Positions 54,387 through 62,607 of a stretch of DNA of 64,000 bases are shown here, piece after piece. This stretch comes from an uncultured Gammaproteobacteria bacterium. GTDB lineage: Bacteria; Patescibacteriota; Patescibacteriia; UBA9934; GWF2-40-263. Numbering within the stretch: the stretch's first letter is position 1; the number at the start of each line of letters is the position of its first letter. The notes beneath the pieces are model-generated. The model saw nothing but the letters and a program-made list of their open reading frames with translations. It had not been told where the DNA came from and did no database searches. The translations under genes were made by a program, and so were the position numbers. Where the stretch lies: contig CAZTTQ010000001.1 in NCBI GenBank assembly GCA_964616135.1, forward strand, positions 43,875-107,874, given 5' to 3'.

Positions 54387-54797
54387 TTACGCTTTGCGTA
54401 CGACGGCGTTAAAGGCGGCGGACGCTTGCTCCGGCGGAATGCCGAACTTGCCCAACTGCTTGATGACCTTTTCTTCCTTGGCGCAGTTGCCGCAGAAATT
54501 GGAGACGTTGCGATCCAACCCGACGTGCGCGTACAGGTCACGCCAGACGGCCAGGCGGTCCATGAACTTTTTTACCGAACCGAGGCTGGATTTCCACAGC
54601 GTGCCGTTCAGGCCGAAGCGCCAGTGCGCCCACAGCTGGCCGAAATGCATCACGTCGCCCCACTCTTCCTTCATCCCCGCCTTGTTCCACTTAACGACCT
54701 CCACGGCGAATTCAACCACCTCCGCCCACACTTCTTTGAAGCGGACGCGGTCTTTTGACGTGAACTTCTCGATGTACTCCCGGATGGTCATGTCCAT
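54387..54797 (-). CDS. MazG-like nucleotide pyrophosphohydrolase domain protein
   Basis: EVVEFAVEVV...EEWGDVMHFGQLW resembles MazG EExxE/EELGD motifs; alternative ATG at 54836. Confidence 0.5.
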   Translation of the reverse strand: MDMTIREYIEKFTSKDRVRFKEVWAEVVEFAVEVVKWNKAGMKEEWGDVMHFGQLWAHWRFGLNGTLWKSSLGSVKKFMDRLAVWRDLYAHVGLDRNVSNFCGNCAKEEKVIKQLGKFGIPPEQASAAFNAVVRKA

Positions 54798-54836
54798 ATG
54801 GCGGCCATGGTACGATATCGCAAACGTTTCGCCCAT

Positions 54837-55229
54837 ATGCCCAGTATTCCCGCCGACCTTCGCAAGGCCCTTGCGGCTAACCCTGTAGTCGCGGCCAAGT
54901 GGAAGGACCTTACGCCCGTCTCCCGCCGGGACTTCACCCGTTGGATCGAAGGGGCGAAGCAAGAAGCGACCCGCAAGCGCCGCGTCGTGGTCGCGTGCGA
55001 CAAACTGAAGCGCGGCGACCGCCGCCCGTGCTGTTACGCCGTGGTCCCGATGCCGCTCTACCGCGCCCTGGGCGCCAACCCAAAGGCCAAAGCGGCGTGG
55101 AGCGCCCTTTCCGCCGACCACAAGCGCGACCTGGTCGACTGGGTCGAATCCCCCAAGCCGCCGGAGACGCAAGCGGACCGGATCAAACAAGCGTGCGTAA
55201 AACTCGCCACTGGGAACGTCCGTGCGTAG
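54837..55229 (+). CDS. YdeI/OmpD-associated family protein (tandem helical repeats)
   Basis: LRKALAANPVVAAKW...RRDFTRWI and second repeat YRALGANPKAKAAW...RDLVDWV. Confidence 0.5.
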   Translation: MPSIPADLRKALAANPVVAAKWKDLTPVSRRDFTRWIEGAKQEATRKRRVVVACDKLKRGDRRPCCYAVVPMPLYRALGANPKAKAAWSALSADHKRDLVDWVESPKPPETQADRIKQACVKLATGNVRA

Positions 55230-55261
55230 ACAAAAACCGGCCTGATGGGCCGGTTTTTGCG

Positions 55262-55495
55262 TTAGTTCTTCCACCGTGGGGCAAATCGGACGCTCCAGGC
55301 AAACAACGACGCGAGCAACGGGTGCATGCCGTTTTTGACCATACCTTGGCGGCACACCTCTTGAAACCCCTTCAGGTCACCCTCATAGCACAACCTTCCG
55401 TCCTTAAAGCAGTAGCTGCAATACCGCGGGTCTTCACGCTTCCCGAGGTCCTTTGCGAACGGCATGAGGCAGCTTTGGCAGGCATTTTGGTTCAT
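55262..55495 (-). CDS. small zinc-ribbon domain protein (77 aa)
   Basis: CQSC...CSYC...C pattern; start MNQNACQSC. Confidence 0.45.
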   Translation of the reverse strand: MNQNACQSCLMPFAKDLGKREDPRYCSYCFKDGRLCYEGDLKGFQEVCRQGMVKNGMHPLLASLFAWSVRFAPRWKN

Positions 55496-55502
55496 ATGGC
55501 AA

Positions 55503-55928
55503 CTAGGAATTTTGATCAAACTCCACGGTCCATTCAATCCCGAACTTGTCGCGGAACATGGCAAAGGAGGTTCCCCACGGACTTGCAGCCATCGGCATCT
55601 CTACCGCGCCGCCTGCCGAGAGGCCGTTGAAAATCCGTTCCGCTTCTTCCTTACTGTCCACCGTGACGGAGATCTTGCTCCGGTTTTCATTTTCATTGAC
55701 CGGTCCCAAGAAACTGGGAACGTCGTTGGCGATCAACGTGTTGTTCCCAATGGGCAACACGATGCGCATGATCTTGTGTGCGTCCGCGTCCCCTACCGGA
55801 AATTCAGGACCCGCGATGTCTTTGAATCGAATGATCTTGCCAAACTCGCCACCGAATACGGATTTGTAAAAGGTAAACGCTTCTTCTGCGTTTCCATTGA
55901 AGTTGATCCACGGGTTGATGGAGGGCAT
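55503..55928 (-). CDS. VOC-family protein (glyoxalase/bleomycin-resistance fold, PhnB-like)
   Basis: 141 aa, typical VOC pattern. Confidence 0.65.
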   Translation of the reverse strand: MPSINPWINFNGNAEEAFTFYKSVFGGEFGKIIRFKDIAGPEFPVGDADAHKIMRIVLPIGNNTLIANDVPSFLGPVNENENRSKISVTVDSKEEAERIFNGLSAGGAVEMPMAASPWGTSFAMFRDKFGIEWTVEFDQNS

Positions 55929-55933
55929 AGGCG

Positions 55934-56374
55934 TTATTCAAGGTTGAGCGCGCGTGTCGGTTTCATGATGGCAAGCGGGTCTGTTTTCCACGCGTCGGAA
56001 ACGTCCGCGTACAGTTCAAGCTCGTTTCCGTCCGGGTCCAGGATGTAGATGCTGTGCGTCACGCCGTGGTCGCCCGTGCCGATGATGGGCACGCCTTTCT
56101 CCTTCAGCTCCTTGTACGCCTGCTTGGCGGCTTCCGGCCCGTCGCCGATCTTGAAGCCGATGTGGTACAGCCCGGGCTTGGTTTCTTCCTTGCGTTCCGG
56201 TTCCCCGCCCACTTCCAGCAGCAACATTTCATGGTGCGTGCGCCCGGCGGAAAACGCCGCCGCTCCCGGCCGGCGCGTCAGTTCCTGAAACCCAAGCGTG
56301 TCGCGGTAAAAATCCGCGGAGCGCTGCAGGTCGCTCACGAAGAGCACGACATGGCCGAGTTCGAGGATGTGCAT
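55934..56374 (-). CDS. VOC-family protein (glyoxalase I-like)
   Basis: MHILELGHVVLFVSDLQRSADFY...HIGF typical glyoxalase-fold metal ligands. Confidence 0.7.
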   Translation of the reverse strand: MHILELGHVVLFVSDLQRSADFYRDTLGFQELTRRPGAAAFSAGRTHHEMLLLEVGGEPERKEETKPGLYHIGFKIGDGPEAAKQAYKELKEKGVPIIGTGDHGVTHSIYILDPDGNELELYADVSDAWKTDPLAIMKPTRALNLE

Positions 56375-56381
56375 AGAAATT

Positions 56382-56398
56382 TATTCCCCTTTCGTTAA
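56382..56398. repeat. left copy of 17-bp imperfect direct repeat TATTCCCCTTTCGTTAA bounding low-GC island
   Basis: 15/17 identity with 58533-58549; positioned exactly at the GC-content break. Confidence 0.45.
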
Positions 56399-56441
56399 GC
56401 CGTTGTCGGAAACGAACTAGACCAGCGGGGTATAGGAAAAA

Positions 56442-58238
56442 CTATAGGTTTGTATCTATCCAATCAAAGATCTGGTTGAATCGAGTAATTGTGTCGATAT
56501 GAATTTTTTTCTTAGTAATTGATCCATCCGACACTTTCTCAAAAAAAGATTTAGCAAATACAATCTTCCGTTTTTCACCGATGGACTCAGCTGGATCTGT
56601 TTTTTGAACAATTTTATCGTCAATTAACTTTAAGTCATCCAAATGAAGTAGGTTTTCTACGGATGAAATTCCAATAGTGATATACATCTTGGAGGCAGCA
56701 GCTCCCTCGTCTTTTTCGAAGAGATGTTCTTTGATTTCTTCGTAAGTTTTTTGAGAATCTTTTCCTCGCGAAGAATCGTCATCGAAAATTGCGACCCAAG
56801 AAATACCGTAACCAATACAAAATGAAACTAGAGTGTATTGTTTTCTGACACCTATTCCCGGTATGAAGGCGTAGTCTGCAATATCACGTTTGAGGAGGGT
56901 TCTCATTGCACTGTAGTAATAAAAATCTGAAACTCCTTCCAGAATCACACTCTTTTTATTTGTCAGCCCAAAATCGCTTACCGAGAAGCCAATAGCATTT
57001 GCCACTGGCTGGAGTGCATCTTGTTTATTCTGAGAATCAATTTTGGAGGAAGTGATATTCTCTATCAATGTTCCTTTGGTTTTATCATTTACGATGAGGT
57101 GTATTCTTTCAAGATGATCTGTCCTGATCAAATTTGGCGAATGAGTTGAGTAGAGAAATTGATGCCCCGTTTTTGTTAGAGATTCAAATACATTGAGGAT
57201 GTCGGTCTGAGCTTTTATATGAAGATAGAGTCCGGGTTCATCCGCTAAAACAATCAATTCTCTCTCATGACCACTCGCCTGTAATTCCATCCAAAAAGAA
57301 AGAAACCATACCAATCCCTTACTCCGCATTCGGGGACGAATTTTTTGTTTATCCTTTGTCTCAATATAAAAACTTACAAAAGTGTCATCTTCGGAAGATC
57401 GTTTTTCGAATTTATAGGCAATTTTTACTCTATTATCACCGTGAATTTGTTGCTTCCATGCTTTTGTAAAATCAATCGATATAGCTTCATTATGTTTTTC
57501 CTCAATAGAGTCTCTCTTCAAGTCATCTAGACTGTACAGAGTTTTAAAATCTGCACCTGATATTTTTTCAAAGTTTTTTACGGCCTTATACCCTTTTGAA
57601 TCTTTTTTGTCGCTTTTTAGATCCTTAAGCGAGAAGGTGTCTGGCAATAGATCGCAGAAATCATTAAACAAGATGATTTTAGGAGTATGGTTCCAGAATA
57701 ACTCAGCGACTTCTGAATTCTGATCGTCAGTAAGTTCAATAATCTTTTTCCTCTCCTTCTTTACTGGAGCAACTTCTGCCTCCACATTAACGTCTTCTTC
57801 AAGAATAGAGCTACGAAAGATCTGAAAAACTGCTTCAGGGATAGATGTCTGCACCTTTTTAGAGGGATTTAGCGTTCGAGTAATTTTAAAATCTTTTACC
57901 GTGCGTTTCAGTTTTGGGATGTCAATTAATGATCCGACTTTAGCTCGCTCAATCTCATTCTGTTCACCAAATGTTTTTTCAATTTCATCCCAAAAATCAG
58001 AATCCGATTCTTCAATTTCGTATGTGCATGACACCTCTTGAATTGGTGACTCAAAATCAAATGGTATGGAATCTGATTCAAATTCTGCGTTTTCAAAAGC
58101 AGCCAGACCCTCTAAAATAGAGCTTTTACCAGACTCATTTTGACCAGCGAAAATTGCAATTCTCCCATTACCTAAAGAAATCTCTCCAGTATCCTGAATG
58201 GACTTATAATTCTTAATTCGGAATGATTTCAATTTCAT
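56442..58238 (-). CDS. OLD-family ATP-dependent endonuclease (ABC-type ATPase + C-terminal Toprim), standalone
   Basis: The ATPase half has Walker A GQNESGKSS, Walker B LIVLADEPGLYLH and H-loop STHSP. The Toprim half has Glu (VILEGVSD) and DxD (IFDDDS). Gene GC is ~35% against a ~65% background. Confidence 0.75.
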   Translation of the reverse strand: MKLKSFRIKNYKSIQDTGEISLGNGRIAIFAGQNESGKSSILEGLAAFENAEFESDSIPFDFESPIQEVSCTYEIEESDSDFWDEIEKTFGEQNEIERAKVGSLIDIPKLKRTVKDFKITRTLNPSKKVQTSIPEAVFQIFRSSILEEDVNVEAEVAPVKKERKKIIELTDDQNSEVAELFWNHTPKIILFNDFCDLLPDTFSLKDLKSDKKDSKGYKAVKNFEKISGADFKTLYSLDDLKRDSIEEKHNEAISIDFTKAWKQQIHGDNRVKIAYKFEKRSSEDDTFVSFYIETKDKQKIRPRMRSKGLVWFLSFWMELQASGHERELIVLADEPGLYLHIKAQTDILNVFESLTKTGHQFLYSTHSPNLIRTDHLERIHLIVNDKTKGTLIENITSSKIDSQNKQDALQPVANAIGFSVSDFGLTNKKSVILEGVSDFYYYSAMRTLLKRDIADYAFIPGIGVRKQYTLVSFCIGYGISWVAIFDDDSSRGKDSQKTYEEIKEHLFEKDEGAAASKMYITIGISSVENLLHLDDLKLIDDKIVQKTDPAESIGEKRKIVFAKSFFEKVSDGSITKKKIHIDTITRFNQIFDWIDTNL

Positions 58239-58438
58239 AGGGTATGTCAGAAACTGGTTCAGAGTTATCTATTAAACTTATCGACTTTGGGTAGGAGCTC
58301 GCTCGCAAGAATATTGATCAACACATCGCGACACACCCCAATCGCTGCGCTGCCCAGCTTCCCAAAATTATTCTTTTGAATCTTCGTAGTTTGCATCATA
58401 AACGAAAGGATGATCGTCAACGGAGTCAGAAACATTAA

Positions 58439-58475
58439 TACTCCCGTCGGATTTGAACCGACCAGGCCACAAGCA
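58439..58475 (-). tRNA. tRNA 3'-half-like fragment (T-arm GTCGG-TTCAAAT-CCGAC + acceptor 3' strand GGGAGTA); no complementary 5' half found
   Basis: Canonical T-stem-loop read on minus strand; cannot complete a cloverleaf, so probably an att-site remnant/pseudo-tRNA. Confidence 0.35.
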
Positions 58476-58531
58476 AGCCCCTGCCAGAATCGACAATGTT
58501 GTAAAGGTTCTCTTCTTCTAACGTATCACCC

Positions 58532-59386
58532 CTATTCCCCCTTCGCTAATTCAACCGCTTTCTTTCCCACCATCATTGCCAGGCCGCCGCCGGGGACGAA
58601 GTTGGCCAATTCTTTTCCAAATTCAAAGATCTCGTCGTTGCTGAAGGAACGGCGGAGTTTGTCCGTGATCTTGTTCGCCTTGGGACGCAGTTCGCCCGTG
58701 ACGCCGTCATAGGAGACGGTGACGCGCTTGTCCTTGGCCTTCCAGTGGAATTCAAACGTGTAGATCGGCACGAAGTAAAGCGCCAGTTCATTAATGGCGA
58801 TTTGTTCGTCCAAAATCTGGTCGGCCTGGATGGGCTTGATGAGCGCGTTTACGACTTTGCGAACGAGGAAGGCGGGCTTCGCCTCGAGTGCCACGATCGG
58901 CGTGCCGTCTTTGGTCAGCGCGTCGGTGGTTTCGATGGGTTGGCTCAAGTACGTCAGGTATTTGGCAAAGCCCGGGTCCGCTTGGCCCGTTTGCGCGTCC
59001 ACGATTTCTTCTTGCCGGTATTCTTCCACGCAGCGTTCGACCCCTTCCACTTCAAACGTCTTTCCCTGCGGAGGCACGGTAAACGACGTACCGAGCAATT
59101 CGATTTCCTTCACCATCGGCTCCACGGGAACGTGGTAGGCCTTGCGGCGCTTGTATTCAAAGCGGGAGGAACCGAGCACGCGCCAAAAGGCGTCGTAGCG
59201 CTTTTCCTCATACACGACGTCGATGTCTTCCGGCAGCGGGCGGCTGAACAGCCCGGCGAGGAGACCGAAGGCTTTGACTTTGTGCGCCTGGGCGAGCTCC
59301 TTGGCTTTTTCCATGCCAAGGACGTCTTCCAGGACCAGAAGCTTTTCGCCGTCGATCTTGATGTTGCTGATTCCTTCGCCGGGCAT
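58532..59386 (-). CDS. hypothetical protein (284 aa)
   Basis: Clean ORF with moderate GC; no family recognised. Confidence 0.55.
   Translation of the reverse strand: MPGEGISNIKIDGEKLLVLEDVLGMEKAKELAQAHKVKAFGLLAGLFSRPLPEDIDVVYEEKRYDAFWRVLGSSRFEYKRRKAYHVPVEPMVKEIELLGTSFTVPPQGKTFEVEGVERCVEEYRQEEIVDAQTGQADPGFAKYLTYLSQPIETTDALTKDGTPIVALEAKPAFLVRKVVNALIKPIQADQILDEQIAINELALYFVPIYTFEFHWKAKDKRVTVSYDGVTGELRPKANKITDKLRRSFSNDEIFEFGKELANFVPGGGLAMMVGKKAVELAKGE
58533..58549. repeat. right copy of direct repeat TATTCCCCCTTCGCTAA
   Basis: Overlaps stop codon of 58532..59386. Confidence 0.45.
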
Positions 59387-59396
59387 AGGGACGGGA

Positions 59397-59789
59397 TTAT
59401 TTGCGGACGAAGAGCTGCTTGTACTTGTCCCAGTACGCGTAACCGAAGTAGACGTTCAATACTGTGACAATGATGCCGACAGGCAAACTCTCCGGGGACG
59501 TGCGTGCGTGGAACACTAGGACGCCGATACAGATCGGTGCCAAGAAAATGGCGGCGAGGGCCGGGAGGAATCCCGTGACCAGCATCAGGCCGGCGACGAT
59601 TTCCGTGATCTTAATCATGTGAAAAATCCCCGTGGCGATGAGTGCCTGCGTCATCGGGACCATCTGGGGCGGAATGCCTTCAAGCGTCGGGGACTGCATG
59701 GCCAGGAGGCCGCCCACGCCGGACATGATGAAGAAGAGACCGGTCAGGACGCGCAGCGTGGTGAGCAAATACTTGTTGCGGAAGTTCAT
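59397..59789 (-). CDS. DoxX-family membrane protein
   Basis: 4-TM pattern typical of DoxX; start MNFRNKYLL. Confidence 0.55.
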   Translation of the reverse strand: MNFRNKYLLTTLRVLTGLFFIMSGVGGLLAMQSPTLEGIPPQMVPMTQALIATGIFHMIKITEIVAGLMLVTGFLPALAAIFLAPICIGVLVFHARTSPESLPVGIIVTVLNVYFGYAYWDKYKQLFVRK

Positions 59790-59799
59790 ACGAACGTGG

Positions 59800-60291
59800 T
59801 TATGGTTTTTCTTGCATGATAATGTCATCGATCTGAAAATCGCTGGCGGTCACGCGTACGACAAAGTCAGGATGAACGGATGTTTCCGCGCGCCATTCCC
59901 CACGGACGGGCTGAAACATTTTCCTGGGTAACACGTGGACGTACCCCACTTTTTCTCTCAATCCTGCCAGGACCGCTTTGGACATTTTCACGTACGGCTT
60001 TCCGTCCGCGACTCCAAACGCGCTGTAGTAGCCGTAGTCGGGAAACTGGTCCTGGTTTACGAGCGCGCGGAAGATGGCGATGTCCGCGTGTTCGGTTGCT
60101 GCGACGGCAGGAGCCCCGTCCGGTTCCATACGCCTGCTGGCGGGAGAAAAATTTTTCCCTTGGCGCGGCTCAAGCGTTTCAATGCTCCGCGCCGAGCCAT
60201 GGAACACATAGCGCCCGCTCCGCTCAAGCTCCAACAGACGCTCGCGCGGCGAGCGTTCGCGTTCCGGCGGTTTCGGCATTCCCTGTTCCAT
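59800..60291 (-). CDS. hypothetical protein (163 aa)
   Basis: ORF contiguous with neighbours on same strand; no family recognised. Confidence 0.4.
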   Translation of the reverse strand: MEQGMPKPPERERSPRERLLELERSGRYVFHGSARSIETLEPRQGKNFSPASRRMEPDGAPAVAATEHADIAIFRALVNQDQFPDYGYYSAFGVADGKPYVKMSKAVLAGLREKVGYVHVLPRKMFQPVRGEWRAETSVHPDFVVRVTASDFQIDDIIMQEKP

Positions 60292-60299
60292 ACGGACGG

Positions 60300-60926
60300 T
60301 TAATTGCAGTCAGGACACGGCACGGACACGTTCAACTTGGCGGAAACGACGCCTTCGCCGTCGCATTCCTCGCAGTCGAGCGGCTTGCCGTGTTCGTCGC
60401 GGCGTTCCTCCGGGTCTTCCCCGCTGCCTTCGCAATGGGCGCACTTCATGGTCGGTTCGTATTCCTGCTCCACCTCCTTGGTCCCGTTGCAGCGGGCGCA
60501 GACGCCCGTCGTTTCGCCCGTTCCGTTGCACTGCGGGCATTTCTTCCCGCTGTCTTTGCCCTGCTTCAAGGCCTGTTGTATCCCAAGGAGCGTGAGAACG
60601 CCACCCAGGGCGCCGGCCACGGCGGAGAGGACATTCGAAAGCGGGCCGGACGTCAGGTCCGCCGCCGTTTCCGCGGCTTGTTGCACTTGTTCAAGCGAAG
60701 GTTTCGGCACGGTCGTGGTCGGTGCCGGTTTGGGCGTTGGTGCAGGTGCGGGAACCGTGACGGGCGCGGCGGTTGTCGTCGTGATGGCGGTAGGGTCAAT
60801 CGTCGTGGGTGCCACCATCGGATCAAGGCCAGGAATATTGATCGTGCCCGCGGTCGCGCGGGTCTGGGCGAAGGAAGGAAGCGGAGCGGCTAACGCGGCA
60901 ATGGCGAACAGGAGGCGAATGCGCAT
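60300..60926 (-). CDS. secreted/membrane protein with Pro/Thr-rich linker and C-terminal DnaJ-type zinc-finger repeats (4x CxxCxGxG)
   Basis: Signal peptide MRIRLLFAIAALAAPLPSFA, TM segment, CPQCNGTG/CARCNGTK/CAHCEGSG/CEECDGEG. Confidence 0.55.
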   Translation of the reverse strand: MRIRLLFAIAALAAPLPSFAQTRATAGTINIPGLDPMVAPTTIDPTAITTTTAAPVTVPAPAPTPKPAPTTTVPKPSLEQVQQAAETAADLTSGPLSNVLSAVAGALGGVLTLLGIQQALKQGKDSGKKCPQCNGTGETTGVCARCNGTKEVEQEYEPTMKCAHCEGSGEDPEERRDEHGKPLDCEECDGEGVVSAKLNVSVPCPDCN

Positions 60927-60985
60927 AATTTGCCCCAGAGTACCACCGCGTGGGAAATAGAAAAACACCCGGGAGGGCGTTTTCC

Positions 60986-62032
60986 TTACGGCTTATAGGT
61001 GAACGGCAGGCGGCCGAGCACTTGTCCGCGTTCGGTCTCGACCGTCACGCGCCACTTGCCCGCCGTGACGCGGCTCTTATACGAGTAGCCGCGGTAGCCC
61101 TGTTCACGCCCGCCACTGACGGCGTACGAGAACCGGTCCGTGGTGACCCACGCCTTCTTGGTCGTGTCAAAGCGTTCCCAACGGTGGTAGATGACCGTGT
61201 TCAGGTCCGCGGGCGCATGTACGGCCACGTAGGCGAAGATGCGGCCGTCCTCGTCTCCCTTGATGGTCTGCCACGGCAACAAGCGTCCCAGGAACGAATC
61301 GTCGCTTCCCTTCAGCTCGTATTCGCCGCCGACGCGGCGGACGTTGTTGTAGATGCCGGCCTCGCGGATGGAGAGCGGAATCGGCGGGATGAAGTTGCCG
61401 AAGTAGAGCGCGTTCATGGCCACGAACACCGCGAGCACGCTGCTGAAGAACAGCTTGCGGCGCGCGCGCAGTTTCTCCATGTGGGTCAGCGCGATCACCA
61501 GGACCAGGGACACGGCCGTGCTGGCGACCCCGCCGACGAAGTACACGAGCGGGTCAAGCGAGTTGAGGAGGAACGGGAACAGCAGGGACCCGTACGAGAA
61601 CAGGACGAAGGCGAAGATGGTGACCTGGGCGAACGGACGCTGCAGGTGCGCGCGGAACGCTTCATTGGACACCATGAGCCCCGCCACGACGGCCAAGACC
61701 GGCCAGCTGACGGAGGCCGAGCCGCTGAACCAGTAAAACAGCAGGGACTGGCTGAGGAGCGCGCCGAAGGCGAACTGGACGAAGAACTCCGCGGCGGCAT
61801 GCAGGCGCCCACGCTCCTCACGCGCATGGAGGAACGGGATGCAGAACGCGGTGATGAGCGCGTAGGCGCCCAGGATCTGGAACGTGGTTTCCACCTGGAG
61901 CGTCTTGTAGGTGAATACGTCCAGCAAAAAGCCGCCCAACAAAAAAGCGGGCATGAGCAGCGGCTCGTACCGCTTTTTCCACGCCTCGAATTTCCGTTCT
62001 TCCTTCCACTGGCGGATCTTGTCGAAGATCAT
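60986..62032 (-). CDS. polytopic membrane protein with C-terminal DUF2914-like domain
   Basis: ~8 TM then soluble domain with YHRW...GKWRVTV...GQVLGRLPF recalled as DUF2914. Confidence 0.5.
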   Translation of the reverse strand: MIFDKIRQWKEERKFEAWKKRYEPLLMPAFLLGGFLLDVFTYKTLQVETTFQILGAYALITAFCIPFLHAREERGRLHAAAEFFVQFAFGALLSQSLLFYWFSGSASVSWPVLAVVAGLMVSNEAFRAHLQRPFAQVTIFAFVLFSYGSLLFPFLLNSLDPLVYFVGGVASTAVSLVLVIALTHMEKLRARRKLFFSSVLAVFVAMNALYFGNFIPPIPLSIREAGIYNNVRRVGGEYELKGSDDSFLGRLLPWQTIKGDEDGRIFAYVAVHAPADLNTVIYHRWERFDTTKKAWVTTDRFSYAVSGGREQGYRGYSYKSRVTAGKWRVTVETERGQVLGRLPFTYKP

Positions 62033-62041
62033 GGCGCCAGT

Positions 62042-62602
62042 TTACTTGTTCCGGATCGCCTTTTCAATCGCGGCACGGATTTCGCCGCGGTTCCCTTCTT
62101 CCCGGATGGAGTGGAAGAAGTGCGGGACGGTCGGGTACGCGGTGGCGAGCGTCCGCGACAAAACGGACGTCTCCTGGTGGGTCAGCTTGTCGGACTTGTT
62201 CACGACCAGGACGACGTTCTTGCCGATCTCCAAGATCCAGTTCAGCATTTCCGTGTCCAGGTCCGTCAGCCCGCGGCGGGCGTCGATGACGAGCAGGATA
62301 AGCGCGAGGTGCGCCGTCTGCTCAATGTAGTCCGTGATGAGCGTGGCGAATTTTTCCCGATTGGCCGCGTGCTTGGCATAGCCGTAGCCCGGCAGGTCCA
62401 GCAGGTAGTATGTGTTCGCCAGCTGGTAGACGTTGATGGTCTGGGTGCGACCCGGGGACGCGCTGACGCGGGCCAGGTCCTTTTGCCCGGCAAACGCGTT
62501 GACAAAGGACGACTTGCCCACGTTCGAACGGCCAACCATCGCCACGTGCGGACGCGTGGTCTCTGGCAGGTCCGCGAGGTTGGCGACGGCTTTCAGGAAC
62601 AT
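62042..62602 (-). CDS. engB: ribosome biogenesis GTP-binding protein YihA/YsxC
   Basis: G1 GRSNVGKSS, DLPGYG, NKSD motifs. Confidence 0.9.
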   Translation of the reverse strand: MFLKAVANLADLPETTRPHVAMVGRSNVGKSSFVNAFAGQKDLARVSASPGRTQTINVYQLANTYYLLDLPGYGYAKHAANREKFATLITDYIEQTAHLALILLVIDARRGLTDLDTEMLNWILEIGKNVVLVVNKSDKLTHQETSVLSRTLATAYPTVPHFFHSIREEGNRGEIRAAIEKAIRNK

Positions 62603-62607
62603 AGGGA

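Larger units (their letters stand above)
56400..58530. mobile_element. low-GC genomic islet (single-gene defence island) inserted between VOC gene and 58532..59386
   Basis: Abrupt GC shift, no SD on OLD gene, flanking 17-bp direct repeats, tRNA 3'-end-like fragment inside right border. Confidence 0.55.

Noticed and set aside
58439-58520. Complete tRNA or tmRNA gene
   Set aside because: Only the T-arm and 3' acceptor strand are present. No 5' acceptor strand, D-arm or anticodon arm can be paired within 80-400 nt upstream, so it is called a fragment.
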